Shown here one piece after another: positions 1 through 9,147 of a stretch of 64,000 nt of DNA (positions are counted from its first letter, which is position 1; each line of letters opens with the position of its first letter). This stretch comes from Candidatus Limnocylindria bacterium. GTDB lineage: Bacteria > Chloroflexota > Limnocylindria > QHBO01. The DNA is taken from the NCBI GenBank assembly GCA_036556985.1, contig DATBIK010000007.1:4000-67999 (forward strand), given 5' to 3'. The translations under genes were made by a program, and so were the position numbers. The notes below the pieces were generated by a model. It did not search any database, had not been told where the DNA came from, and saw nothing but the letters and a program-made list of their open reading frames with translations.

Positions 1-1
1 G

Positions 2-418
2 CTCGGACCGAACGGCGAGATCTTCTCGCAGGAGACCTGCTTCCACTACGAGCCGTGGCACTACCGGTACGTCGGGCGGGAGATCGCTCGCAGGATCCAT
101 CGCGCGGGGCTGACGATCCGCGAGTACCTGTGGAAGCACCACACCATGCTCGACACGAACCTCCAGCCGGTGGCGACCCCAACGCCATCGCCGACCCCGA
201 CACCCACACCGACGCCCACGCCCTCACCGACACCCACTGAGGCGCCGTCCGACACGCCGATGCCGACGCCGTCGCTCGCGCCCAGCGAGTCCCCGGATGC
301 CTCGCCCGTCGGCGAGCTGCTCGATAACCCGTGGCTCCTGGCGGTTGCCGGCTTCGCGGTGCTCCTCCTAATCGCCGCGATCGCTTTCGCGGCGCGACGC
401 CGCCCCACGGCGCGCTGA
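2..418 (+). CDS. 3' part of a D-alanyl-D-alanine carboxypeptidase (M15/VanY-like) with Pro/Thr-rich linker and C-terminal TM anchor; begins upstream of window
   Basis: Frame 2 reads ...[30 protein letters not shown]... (the EPWHxRYVG motif typical of M15B D,D-carboxypeptidases), then (TP)n linker, hydrophobic helix, RRR; stop at 416-418. Confidence 0.5.
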   Translation, partial: LGPNGEIFSQETCFHYEPWHYRYVGREIARRIHRAGLTIREYLWKHHTMLDTNLQPVATPTPSPTPTPTPTPTPSPTPTEAPSDTPMPTPSLAPSESPDASPVGELLDNPWLLAVAGFAVLLLIAAIAFAARRRPTAR

Positions 419-419
419 G

Positions 420-1490
420 TCAGGCCGGCGCTGCCGGCAGCCGGAACCAGATGGAGGTGCGCCCGTCGGCTGAGGCCGCGCCGACCTGGCCGCCGTGGGC
501 CTCCACGATCTGGCGCACGATCGCCAGGCCGATCCCCGCGCCGCCGCTGACGCGGGCCCGCGAGGGGTCGACGCGATGGAGCCGCTCCCAGATGAGCGGC
601 AGCTCGTCGGGCGGGATGTCGGCGCCGGTGTTCTCGACCGCGCAGCGCACCCAGCCGCCCTCCTCGCGGAGTCGGACCACGATCTCGCCGCCATCGTCGG
701 TGTAGCGCGCCGCGTTCTGCATGAGGTTGCTGAGGACCTGGCCGACCGCGTCCGGCTCGGCCAGCAGACGAGGGAGAGACGCGGGATCCTCGACCCGGAT
801 GGCAATTCGCCGGCTGGCAAGCTCCGGGGACTGGATCGCCACGGCCCGCTCGACGAGGGCGGCGAGGTCCACTTCTCCGCGGGCCTGCTCCCGGTGGCCG
901 GCCTCGCCGCGCGCCAGCTGGTCGAGCCCCTCCACCAGCCGCGTGAGCCGGACGATCTCCTCGTGGACGGTGCGGAGCATCTCCGGCGTGGGCTCGACCA
1001 CGCCATCGGCCATCGCTTCCAGGTAGCCCTGGAGCGAGGTGAGCGGCGTGCGCAGCTCGTGCGCCACGTCCTCGACGAGGGCGCGGCGCAGCTCCTCGAC
1101 ACGCTGCAGCGTGGCGGCCATGGCGTTGAAGGCATCGGTCAGGCGCTGGAGCTCGGGATCGGGGGCGGCCGGGACACGGGCGGCGAGGTCGCCGCTGGCG
1201 ATGGCGCGCGAGGCATCGGCCATGCGGTCGAGCGGGCGGAGGATCCGGCGCAGGAGCCACCAGGCGGCCAGTCCGCCGAGGACGACCCCCACCCCCGCGC
1301 CGAGAAGCAGGACCTGGCCGACGTACTCGTCGAACATCGCCTGGGCCTCCGCCTCGGAGGCGCCGGCCTCCATGGCGAGGTGCATGATCTGCGCCGATCC
1401 GAAGCGGTGCACGGCGAGGATCATGACGCCGGCAACCACGAGGGCCATGAGCGCCCACAGGCCGATGAGACGGACCCGGAGCGTGGGCAT
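420..1490 (-). CDS. sensor histidine kinase (HAMP-HisKA-HATPase)
   Basis: TM-HAMP region, H-box HELRTPLTSLQGY, N/G boxes (NLMQNA, GGAGIGLAIV); probable start MPTLRVRL at 1490, 13 nt after the upstream regulator. Confidence 0.85.
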   Translation of the reverse strand: MPTLRVRLIGLWALMALVVAGVMILAVHRFGSAQIMHLAMEAGASEAEAQAMFDEYVGQVLLLGAGVGVVLGGLAAWWLLRRILRPLDRMADASRAIASGDLAARVPAAPDPELQRLTDAFNAMAATLQRVEELRRALVEDVAHELRTPLTSLQGYLEAMADGVVEPTPEMLRTVHEEIVRLTRLVEGLDQLARGEAGHREQARGEVDLAALVERAVAIQSPELASRRIAIRVEDPASLPRLLAEPDAVGQVLSNLMQNAARYTDDGGEIVVRLREEGGWVRCAVENTGADIPPDELPLIWERLHRVDPSRARVSGGAGIGLAIVRQIVEAHGGQVGAASADGRTSIWFRLPAAPA

Positions 1491-1503
1491 CGCGGCGCTC
1501 CGG

Positions 1504-2220
1504 TTAGCCTGCCGGGGCGGGCTCGCGGCGCTCGACCGGCGCAACGAACTTGTAGCCGACGGTGCGCACCGTGGCGATCCAGCGGGGAGCGGCGGCATCG
1601 TCACCCAGCTTCCGGCGCAGCCGCCCGAGGTGGACGTCGATCGTCCGGTCGATGATCCCCGGGTCGTCCATGCCGTGGATCGCGTCGATGAGGTCGTCGC
1701 GGGTGAAGACCCGGCCGGGGCGCTGCATGAGGCCGCGCAGGATGCGGAACTCGAACGGCGTGAGATCGAGCGAGCGTCCGTCGAGGCGCGCCTCGACCGC
1801 GTTCGGGTCGACTTCGAGCGAGCCGGCGACCAGGATCGGCTCCTCGCGGTCCTCCTCGAGCCGCCGCCGGCGGAGGAGCGCCCGCACCCGGGCCATGAGC
1901 TCGCGGGGGCTGAATGGCTTCACGACGTAGTCGTCGGCGCCCATGTCCAGGCCGATGACCTTGTCGCCCTCGCCGCTCCGCGCGGTGAGCAGCAGGATCG
2001 GCACGTCCGAGTCGTCGCGGATGCGGCGGCAGACCTCGAAGCCGTCGAGGCCGGGGAGCATGACGTCGAGGAGGACGAGGTCCGGCCGCTGGCGGAGCGC
2101 GGCGTCCAGGGCGGCCTCGCCATCGGCCGCGAACAGCGCCCGGTGTCCCTCGCGCTCGACGTACACGCGCAGGAGGTCGCGAATCTTCGCGTCGTCGTCG
2201 ACGAGGAGGACCGTGGCCAT
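1504..2220 (-). CDS. OmpR-family response regulator
   Basis: MATVLLVDDD receiver with phospho-acceptor D and winged-helix C-terminus (TVRTVGYKF); ATG at 2220 chosen over the upstream extended ORF. Confidence 0.9.
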   Translation of the reverse strand: MATVLLVDDDAKIRDLLRVYVEREGHRALFAADGEAALDAALRQRPDLVLLDVMLPGLDGFEVCRRIRDDSDVPILLLTARSGEGDKVIGLDMGADDYVVKPFSPRELMARVRALLRRRRLEEDREEPILVAGSLEVDPNAVEARLDGRSLDLTPFEFRILRGLMQRPGRVFTRDDLIDAIHGMDDPGIIDRTIDVHLGRLRRKLGDDAAAPRWIATVRTVGYKFVAPVERREPAPAG

Positions 2221-2387
2221 GGCCCGCACAGTATGTCTTCCGCGTGAAGGACCGATGAAGTGGGCGTTCGGTGCTGCGCGGGGCTCACCGAACGCAACCG
2301 CAGCGCTGGGAGGGCCGGCCGGCATGCTCTGAGCGGTCGCATCGGCAGGGGACACCCGAGCGCCGATCCACGTAACATTGGCCGCCC

Positions 2388-2690
2388 ATGACACGCGACC
2401 GGGCAGCGGGGGCCATCGGGTTCGGCTCCGGCACCTCCGACGACCACAAGGACGGCATCCGCTGGGTTGACTACGCCAACATCAGCTGGAACCCGGTCTT
2501 CTGCAAGCGCTGCGACATCTGTGTCGAGATCTGCCCCAAGGACACGCTCGTCCTGCGCAACGACGCGATCATCGAAGAGGAGAACTGCATCCTCTGCGGC
2601 CTGTGCGAGCGGTACTGCCCCGACCTGGCGATCGAGATGATCCCGTCGGCCGTCGCCGCCCACGAGGCGCGAAAGGGAGACGCCGGGTGA
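2388..2690 (+). CDS. 2-oxoacid:ferredoxin oxidoreductase delta subunit (2x[4Fe-4S] ferredoxin)
   Basis: Two CxxCxxCxxxCP motifs (CKRCDICVEICP, CILCGLCERYCP); stop overlaps next start (GTGA). Confidence 0.8.
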   Translation: MTRDRAAGAIGFGSGTSDDHKDGIRWVDYANISWNPVFCKRCDICVEICPKDTLVLRNDAIIEEENCILCGLCERYCPDLAIEMIPSAVAAHEARKGDAG

Positions 2691-3826
2691 CGCGCCGTCT
2701 GACCCAGGGCAACGAGGCGGTATTCCGCGGGGCGATCGCCGCCGGGGCGACCTACTACGCCGGCTACCCGATCTCGCCGTCCACCGAGATATTGAACGTC
2801 GCCTCCGGCTGGGCCGCCGATCATCCCGAGTTCCGATTCCTCCAGGCGGAGGACGAGATCGCGAGCGCGAACGCGATCATCGGCGCGTCGCTGGCGGGTG
2901 CCAAGGCGTTCACCGCCACGAGCGGGCCGGGGTTCAGCCTCATGCAGGAGGCGGTCGGCTATGCGCAGAAGGTCGGCGTGCCATGCGTCTTCGTCAACGT
3001 CCAGCGGGTCGGGCCCGCCACCGGGATGCCGACCATGCCCGGCCAGGGCGACGTGATGCAGGTGCGCTACGGCAGCACCGGTGACTACACTCCCATCGCC
3101 TTCTACCCGAACGGCGTGGAGGAGGCATTCCGGGTCACGATGCAGGCCTTCAACGCCGCGGAGGAGTCTCTCAGCCCGGTCGTGCTCCTCTCCGACACCT
3201 TCGTCGCGCACCTCAACGAGGTCGTCGACCTGGACGCGCTGGCCGAGGGGATGTCGGTCGTCGAGCGGGCCGTGCCGCCGCTGGGCCAACATGACGCCGG
3301 GAAGCCGCGGTTCTTCGCCGGCGTGCTCATGTACGAGCACGGGCCGAACGCCGGAGAGCCCGCCACCGCCGACGCCGACGAGTACCTGCGCCAGTTCTAC
3401 GCTGCCAAGCAGCGCCACCTCGAGGTTGCGCGGCGCTATGCCCTGTACGAGCACGGCTGGAACGTGGACGCCAGTGTCCTGATCATCGCCTACGGCATCG
3501 TCTCGCGCGTGGCGGCGCCGCTCGCCCCGGACTATGCCCTGTTCCGCCCGATCCGCATCCACCCGGTGCTCGGCGACGAGCTGCGGGCGGTCGCCGACCG
3601 CTACGAGCAGGTTGTCTGCATCGAGGCCAACGACGGGCAGTACGCCGACCTCGCGCAGCTCGCGCTGGGGCGGGAGGTGAAGCGGGTGCCATTGCTCGGC
3701 GGCCGGATCAGCCTCGAGGCGGTGCGCGACGGCCTCGAGCGGGTGCTCGCCGGCGGGTCCGGTGATCCGCCGATCCCGCCCGCGCCGAGCGAGCACCAGC
3801 CGCGATCGCCGCTGGGCGTCGGGTAG
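2687..3826 (+). CDS. 2-oxoacid:ferredoxin oxidoreductase alpha subunit
   Basis: GNEAVFRGAIAAGATYYAGYPISPSTEI...TSGPGFSLMQEAVGYA typical of the POR/KOR alpha N-terminus; GTG start overlapping the delta-subunit stop. Confidence 0.85.
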   Translation: MTRRLTQGNEAVFRGAIAAGATYYAGYPISPSTEILNVASGWAADHPEFRFLQAEDEIASANAIIGASLAGAKAFTATSGPGFSLMQEAVGYAQKVGVPCVFVNVQRVGPATGMPTMPGQGDVMQVRYGSTGDYTPIAFYPNGVEEAFRVTMQAFNAAEESLSPVVLLSDTFVAHLNEVVDLDALAEGMSVVERAVPPLGQHDAGKPRFFAGVLMYEHGPNAGEPATADADEYLRQFYAAKQRHLEVARRYALYEHGWNVDASVLIIAYGIVSRVAAPLAPDYALFRPIRIHPVLGDELRAVADRYEQVVCIEANDGQYADLAQLALGREVKRVPLLGGRISLEAVRDGLERVLAGGSGDPPIPPAPSEHQPRSPLGVG

Positions 3827-3841
3827 CGGAGGCATCGGTCC

Positions 3842-5275
3842 ATGCCCGAGACGACGCTCGCCGAGCTGGGATTCAAGAAGAACCTGAAGCTCGACCTGTT
3901 CCCGACGATCTGGTGCCCGGGCTGCGGCATCGGCACGATCATGATGCAGCTGGCCATGGTGCTCGACGAGATGGCGCTCGACGAGCGAAACACGGTGATC
4001 GTGACCGGCATCGGCTGCACCGGGCGCATGGGCGGCTACATGAAGTACGAGGGCGTCTACACGCTCCACGGCCGGACGCTGCCGGTGGCCGAGGCCATCA
4101 AGACGGTCCGGCCCGAGATGAACGTCATCGTCGTGTCCGGCGACGGAGACACGGCGAGCATCGGTGGCAACCACCTCATCCACGCCATCCGCCGCAACGT
4201 GCCGGTCACGGTCCTCTGCAACAACAACGAGATCTACGGGCTGACCGGCGGCCAGACCGGCCCGACCACGCCAGCGGGCACGAAGACGCTCTCCTCGCCG
4301 GCCGGCAACCCCGGCACCCCGATCAACCTGCAGGGGCTCGTGCGCTCGTCGCAGCACGCGCTCTACGCGAAGACGACGGTCTACCACCAGCAGCACATGC
4401 GCAACGTCGTGCGCGAGGCGATCGAGCACCCCGGTTTCAGCTTCGTCGACATCACCAGCCAGTGCATCGAGAACAACGGGCGGCGCATCGGCTTCGCCAG
4501 CGCGAACGAGATGCTCACCTTCTACCGCAAGACCTACAAGCGGGCGGCGAAGGACGCCGTGCGGCTGAACCCCTTCGAGATCGGCATCCTCTACCCGCAA
4601 GCCGATGGTGCGGCCGATGGCGTCGCGGGGTCCACGAACGGTGACGGCTCCAGCACGACAGCGGCGCCAGAGCGTCCCGAGGAGCTGCCGGCGCAGCCTG
4701 CCGGACCGATGACCTCGGCGGCCGATTCGCCCGGGTCGGCGGGTGCCACCGCCAAGCCGCCCACCGCCGACGACGAGGCCAGGGCCCGCAAGCGCGCCGA
4801 GTCGAAGGAGCGCGCCGCGCTCATGGCGCAGCTGTCGGCCGACGCGAAGATGGCCGTCGCACGGCGGGAGATGACGCTCGTCGACGCGCTGTCCCAGGCG
4901 GGGATCCCGGTCCCCGAGTGGGCGCGCACCGGGGCGAGCGCACCGGCCGGCGCGCCGGTGGCCGCCGGCGAGGTGGAGATCAGCGAGTCCGGACGCGACC
5001 CGCGTACCCAGGACCAGCCCGACGACCTTGCCGCCCAGAAGGCGGAGGCTGTCGCCGAGGAGTCCGGTTCCGCGCAGCCCGCGAGGCCGCTGTCGTCGTC
5101 CGATGCGGCACCTGCCGACCTCGACCCCAAGGAGGCGCGGAAGGCCGATGCCCGGCGCAAGCTGGCGATGATGCAGCGCCTGCCGACCGAAGTGAAGCTG
5201 CGGGTCGCGCGGCGCGAGATCAGCCTGGAGGACGCGCTCCGCGAGGCGGGTGTGGACCCGGAGGCATCGGTCTAG
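3842..5275 (+). CDS. 2-oxoacid:ferredoxin oxidoreductase beta subunit (TPP-binding) with ~220-aa low-complexity C-terminal extension containing two tandem ~45-aa helical repeats
   Basis: WCPGCG, GIGCTG, GDGD...NNxIYGLTGGQ TPP motifs in aa 1-250; aa 255-477 Ala/Asp/Pro-rich with repeats ...MAQLSADAKMAVARREMTLVDALSQAGIPVPE / ...MMQRLPTEVKLRVARREISLEDALREAGVDPE. Confidence 0.85.
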   Translation: MPETTLAELGFKKNLKLDLFPTIWCPGCGIGTIMMQLAMVLDEMALDERNTVIVTGIGCTGRMGGYMKYEGVYTLHGRTLPVAEAIKTVRPEMNVIVVSGDGDTASIGGNHLIHAIRRNVPVTVLCNNNEIYGLTGGQTGPTTPAGTKTLSSPAGNPGTPINLQGLVRSSQHALYAKTTVYHQQHMRNVVREAIEHPGFSFVDITSQCIENNGRRIGFASANEMLTFYRKTYKRAAKDAVRLNPFEIGILYPQADGAADGVAGSTNGDGSSTTAAPERPEELPAQPAGPMTSAADSPGSAGATAKPPTADDEARARKRAESKERAALMAQLSADAKMAVARREMTLVDALSQAGIPVPEWARTGASAPAGAPVAAGEVEISESGRDPRTQDQPDDLAAQKAEAVAEESGSAQPARPLSSSDAAPADLDPKEARKADARRKLAMMQRLPTEVKLRVARREISLEDALREAGVDPEASV

Positions 5276-5277
5276 GC

Positions 5278-5904
5278 ATGGCCACCCGGATCGCGCTCGA
5301 CGGCGTCGGCGGGCAGGGGGTGCGGGTCATCGCCGGCGTCCTGGGCGCGCTGCTGGCTCGCATGGGCAAGCAGGTGACCGTCCTGTACGACTACGACTCG
5401 AGCGTGCGCGGCAGCATGTCAGACGCGTTCGTCATCTTCGACGACGAGCCGATCCTCAACCCGGTTGTCGAGGAGGCGGACATCATGCTGAAGCTGGCGG
5501 ACAAAGGGCACCTGCGCATCCACGGCCGAAAACTCGTGACCGACCTCGGGTTGAACGTGCCGGGGGCCGAGCAGATCCCCTTCGCGTCGCTCGGGTCCGA
5601 GCGGTTCGGCAAGGAGCTGTTCGGCAACATGATCGCGCTCGGGCGCGTGATGCGCCTGGCCGAGATCGAGTTCGACGAGCCGGCGATCCGCGAGTCGCTG
5701 CCGCGTCGCTTCGTGGACGAGAACGTGGCCGCCATCCGCTTCGGCTATGACCTCACGCAGGAGGAGATCGCGCAGCTGGCCGACGCGGCGCCGCCGTCGC
5801 GCTTCGAGATGAACGACGCGGCCACCGCGCCGCACCACCGCGAGACGGGGATCGCCACCGGCGGCCAGATGGCCGTGGCCACCGACCCGGGCGAGACGGG
5901 CTGA
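5278..5904 (+). CDS. 2-oxoacid:ferredoxin oxidoreductase gamma subunit
   Basis: MATRIALDGVGGQGV... PorC/KorC-like; ATG 2 nt after the beta-subunit stop; same frame as the longer table ORF 4918..5904. Confidence 0.8.
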   Translation: MATRIALDGVGGQGVRVIAGVLGALLARMGKQVTVLYDYDSSVRGSMSDAFVIFDDEPILNPVVEEADIMLKLADKGHLRIHGRKLVTDLGLNVPGAEQIPFASLGSERFGKELFGNMIALGRVMRLAEIEFDEPAIRESLPRRFVDENVAAIRFGYDLTQEEIAQLADAAPPSRFEMNDAATAPHHRETGIATGGQMAVATDPGETG

Positions 5905-5908
5905 GCCC

Positions 5909-6802
5909 CTAGGCGACCGGCTCTGCCTCGAGCTCGGCCAGGCGTCGGTCGAGCTGCTCGGTCTCCTCCGCCGACAGCGGGCGCATCGGAGCGCGCATGT
6001 CGGGCCGGACGGGAATGCCGCGGCGGCCCAGGACGTGCTTCGCCGCGGCGATGAAGGGCTGCGCCTCCATGGCGGAGCGCAGCGTGGAGAGGCGCGACTC
6101 GGCATCGGCATCGGGCGTGTCGAGCGCGGCGCGGACGACGTCCGGGAAGGCGGCGGCCAGGCCGGAGACGCTGCCCGCCGCGCCCCGGGTGAGTGCGGGC
6201 GGGATGAGCGGCTCGGAACCGACGAGCACCGGCAGCCCGAGATCAAGGTAGGGGGTCAGCCGCTCCAAGGGAGACTCGCTCACCTTGAGTCCCGCCAGGT
6301 TCGACGCGGCCTCGCGAACCCGACCCACGACGTCGACCGGCACCGGATAGCCGCTCCGGGCGGCAAAGGCATAGATGAAGAAGGGAACTGGGGCGCAGGC
6401 GGCGGCTGCGGCGGAGAAGTGCGCGGTCAGCGCCCCTTCATCCAGCGGGAAGTAGGGCGGCGGGATGACGGCCACGCCGTCGGCTCCAATCTCGGCCGCA
6501 TGTGCCGCCAGGGCAACGGTGTCCGCCGTGGTCTGCGCGCCGCAGTGGACAACCAGCAGGTCGCGGGTCAAGGCCGCGCGGAACAGGGTCGCCGCGCGTC
6601 GCCGCTCGTCGAGTGAGAGGAGGATGCCCTCGCCCGTGGTGCCACAGGCGAACACCCCATCGGCGCCATGCTCGGCGTAGAAGCGCGCCAGGGGCCAGAA
6701 CGCCTCCTCGTCGAGGGCGGCACCGGCGTCGCGCAGGGGCGTGACCGACGCCGCGATGAGCGGCGGGTGCGGGAGATCCCATGGGAGGTCTGGCACGTGC
6801 AC
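5909..6802 (-). CDS. DapA-family lyase (dihydrodipicolinate synthase / N-acetylneuraminate lyase family)
   Basis: GTTGEGILLSLDER...GADGVAVIPPPYF with Schiff-base Lys region LKVSE; convergent with the upstream 2-oxoacid oxidoreductase operon. Confidence 0.8.
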   Translation of the reverse strand: MHVPDLPWDLPHPPLIAASVTPLRDAGAALDEEAFWPLARFYAEHGADGVFACGTTGEGILLSLDERRRAATLFRAALTRDLLVVHCGAQTTADTVALAAHAAEIGADGVAVIPPPYFPLDEGALTAHFSAAAAACAPVPFFIYAFAARSGYPVPVDVVGRVREAASNLAGLKVSESPLERLTPYLDLGLPVLVGSEPLIPPALTRGAAGSVSGLAAAFPDVVRAALDTPDADAESRLSTLRSAMEAQPFIAAAKHVLGRRGIPVRPDMRAPMRPLSAEETEQLDRRLAELEAEPVA

Positions 6803-6849
6803 AGCCTACCTTGCCGCACGACCCGACTGCCGGTTAGGCTCCCGCCACC

Positions 6850-7965
6850 ATGGTGACCGCAGCGCTCGACGGGCTGGCGAACGAGACGATCCGGCGTGCC
6901 CCGAAGGTCCTCCTGCACGACCACCTCGACGGCGGCCTGCGACCGGCGACGGTGATCGACCTGGCGCGCGAGGCAGGGTACGGCGAGCTGCCGACCACCG
7001 ATCCCGCCGAGCTCGGCCGGTGGTTCACGCGGGGCGCCGACCGCAAGAGCCTCGAGCTCTACCTGGAGGGATTCCGGCACACCGTGGCCGTGATGCAGAC
7101 GCGCGACGCGATCGAGCGGGTGGCCACCGAGGCGGTGGAGGATCTCGCCGCGGATGGCGTCGTCTACGCCGAGATCCGGATGGCACCCGAGCTGCTCACC
7201 GATGGCGGACTGACGCTCGACGATGCGACCGAGGCGATGCTTGTCGGGTTGCGGCGCGGCGCGGAGGGCCGGTCGATCACGATCGGGCTGATCATCACGG
7301 CGATGCGCCAGGCGGCTCGCTCCGTGGAGATCGCCGAGCTGGCGGTGCGGCACCGCGACGCGGGCGTGGTCGGTTTCGACATCGCGGGGCCGGAGGCGGG
7401 CTTTCCGCCCAGCCGGCACCTCGACGCCTTCCACCTCATCGCTCGAGAGAATTTCCACTTCACGATCCATGCCGGCGAGGGTTTCGGCCTGCCGAGCATC
7501 TGGGAGGCGCTGCAGTGGTGCGGCGCGGAGCGGCTGGGCCACGGCGTGCGTATCGTGGACGACATCACCGTGCGCGATGACGGGCGGGTGGTGCTCGGCC
7601 GGCTGGCGTCCTACGTCCGTGACCGCCGCGTGCCGCTCGAGATGTGCCCCACCTCGAACGTGCACACCGGGGCGGTCGCCGGTGTGGCCGTGCACCCGAT
7701 CGACCTGCTGCGGCGGCTCCGCTTCCGGGTCACGCTGAACACCGACAACCGGCTCATGAGCGGCATCAGCATGACGAGCGAGATGGCGGCGCTGCACGAG
7801 GCGTTCGGCATCGGCCTGGACGAGATGGAGTGGCTCACGCTGAACGCCATGAAGTCCGCCTTCTGGCCCTTCGACGGACGGCTGCGAATCATCAACGAGC
7901 AGATCAAGCCAGCCTACGCGCAGTTGCGGGCCGAGCAGACGGCGGTGGAGATCGCCGCCGGCTGA
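6850..7965 (+). CDS. add: adenosine deaminase
   Basis: [30 protein letters not shown] signature motifs of the adenosine deaminase family. Confidence 0.9.
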   Translation: MVTAALDGLANETIRRAPKVLLHDHLDGGLRPATVIDLAREAGYGELPTTDPAELGRWFTRGADRKSLELYLEGFRHTVAVMQTRDAIERVATEAVEDLAADGVVYAEIRMAPELLTDGGLTLDDATEAMLVGLRRGAEGRSITIGLIITAMRQAARSVEIAELAVRHRDAGVVGFDIAGPEAGFPPSRHLDAFHLIARENFHFTIHAGEGFGLPSIWEALQWCGAERLGHGVRIVDDITVRDDGRVVLGRLASYVRDRRVPLEMCPTSNVHTGAVAGVAVHPIDLLRRLRFRVTLNTDNRLMSGISMTSEMAALHEAFGIGLDEMEWLTLNAMKSAFWPFDGRLRIINEQIKPAYAQLRAEQTAVEIAAG

Positions 7966-7980
7966 CCAGGCGCCGGCTGA

Positions 7981-8961
7981 TCAGTCGTCGAGGTTGCGGC
8001 CCTGGCGGCCGGCCTGGACCGATGGACGCAGCCAGCGCGGCATGTTCGTCTCGTCGCGGCGTCTCGGGCGCGCGCCGGGCAGATCGGCGGGCGCGGCTGC
8101 GGAGACGGCCGGCGACGCGGCGGCAGGTGCCGGGAACCCGGTACGCGCGACAGCGAGGCGCTCCCTTCGGTCCTCACCGCGCCGCGCAGAGAGCAGCAGG
8201 AGGAGGGCCAGGCCGCCGGCGGTGAGGGCGCCCCATTGCCCGACCCTGACCAGCGTCGAGTCCAGGCGAAGATCAAGAAGGTCGATACCGGACGGTGGCG
8301 TGTACCGCGGGTGCGGCAGCCAGCGAAAGCCGCCGGGTCGCTGCGTCGGGCCAGGTCCCACTGCCTCCAACGCCTCGGACGGGCTGGCCGATGGCTGCCG
8401 AGAGGCGCGCGGCCGCCTGGTCTGCGAAGGTTCAGGGCTGGCGGTCGGGCGCCGAGTCGGTTTGACGGTCGGCTTCGGGGTTCGCGCGGGTGCCACCGTC
8501 GGCCGCGGCGTGGGTACGGCCGTCGGCTTCGGTGTCGGCTTGGGCGTCGGCTTCGGCGCCTCGACCACGACCGAACGGGGCCGAACATCCGAGAGCTGGA
8601 CCGCCTTCTGGCCGTTTCCCGAGCCGGAGGACGCGAGGAAGACATACGCGTGGTCGCCGACCGGGGTGAGCCGCACGGATCGCGTGAAGCGGACGCCACC
8701 GTCCCAGTCGCTGCCATTCCCCGACATCGAGAAGGTGCCCACGCCATTGATCCGTACGCGGACGTATTGCGGCGCGCAGTTGCCCGTGTCGCGGTAGGTG
8801 ACCGAGAAGCGGAACGTGCTGCCCACGCCCGCGGACCCCGGCGCTACCACGCCATCGGAGAGGCTGGGCTGGTGGGATACGCCGTTGCAGGAGGCAGCCG
8901 AAACCAGGCTCGGTCCGGACAGTGAAATCACAGCCACTGCCAGCAGTGCCCCCAGGAGCAT
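7981..8961 (-). CDS. secreted protein with signal peptide, globular N-domain, (PKPT)n linker and C-terminal hydrophobic anchor
   Basis: MLLGALLAVAVISLSGPSLVSAASC signal; PKPTPKPTPKPTAVPTPRPT linker; C-terminal LALLLLLSARRGEDRR; start chosen at the signal-peptide Met. Confidence 0.6.
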   Translation of the reverse strand: MLLGALLAVAVISLSGPSLVSAASCNGVSHQPSLSDGVVAPGSAGVGSTFRFSVTYRDTGNCAPQYVRVRINGVGTFSMSGNGSDWDGGVRFTRSVRLTPVGDHAYVFLASSGSGNGQKAVQLSDVRPRSVVVEAPKPTPKPTPKPTAVPTPRPTVAPARTPKPTVKPTRRPTASPEPSQTRRPRASRQPSASPSEALEAVGPGPTQRPGGFRWLPHPRYTPPSGIDLLDLRLDSTLVRVGQWGALTAGGLALLLLLSARRGEDRRERLAVARTGFPAPAAASPAVSAAAPADLPGARPRRRDETNMPRWLRPSVQAGRQGRNLDD

Positions 8962-9147
8962 TGACCTGATGTGCGTTTCCTCCGTGGAAGGGCTCGGCCT
9001 CCCCGGCTCGAACGCGACGGTAACGCTCGCCCGCCGGGCGCCCAATGGGACGTCCGTACCAGCGGACGGCCGTCGCGGCGAGGCGTGCCGCGCCGCAGTT
9101 GGTCGAGGCCGCGGCCGTGAGAGGTACCTTCGGGTCATGTCGGGGGA

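Noticed and set aside
146-240. Tandem ACNCC[AG]ACNCC repeats (also 8430-8560 on the other strand)
   Set aside because: These are coding Pro-Thr / Pro-Lys-Pro-Thr linker repeats inside proteins, not non-coding repeats or a CRISPR array.
3826-5281. Recurrent GGAGGCATCGGTC just upstream of the beta- and gamma-subunit starts of the 2-oxoacid:ferredoxin oxidoreductase; GCATCGGTC elsewhere
   Set aside because: It is the RBS plus a common codon string (Ala-Ser-Val) and also occurs inside coding regions. It is not convincing as a regulatory motif by itself, although it is the half-site of the 15386 palindrome.
61-6246. Many long Arg/Pro/Gly-rich ORFs on the strand opposite to, or overlapping, confidently assigned genes (e.g. 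61-1458 -, 495-1655 +, 1920-2663 -, 2471-4600 -, 5419-6246 -)
   Set aside because: Typical antisense/off-frame open frames of a ~70% GC genome. They have no domain content and overlap well-supported genes completely.
7957-7983. Direct repeat GCCGGCTGA...GCCGGCTGA spanning the stop codons of the convergent adenosine deaminase and secreted-protein genes
   Set aside because: A 9-bp repeat in GC-rich DNA between convergent stops is probably coincidental. There is no hairpin or T tract to call a terminator.
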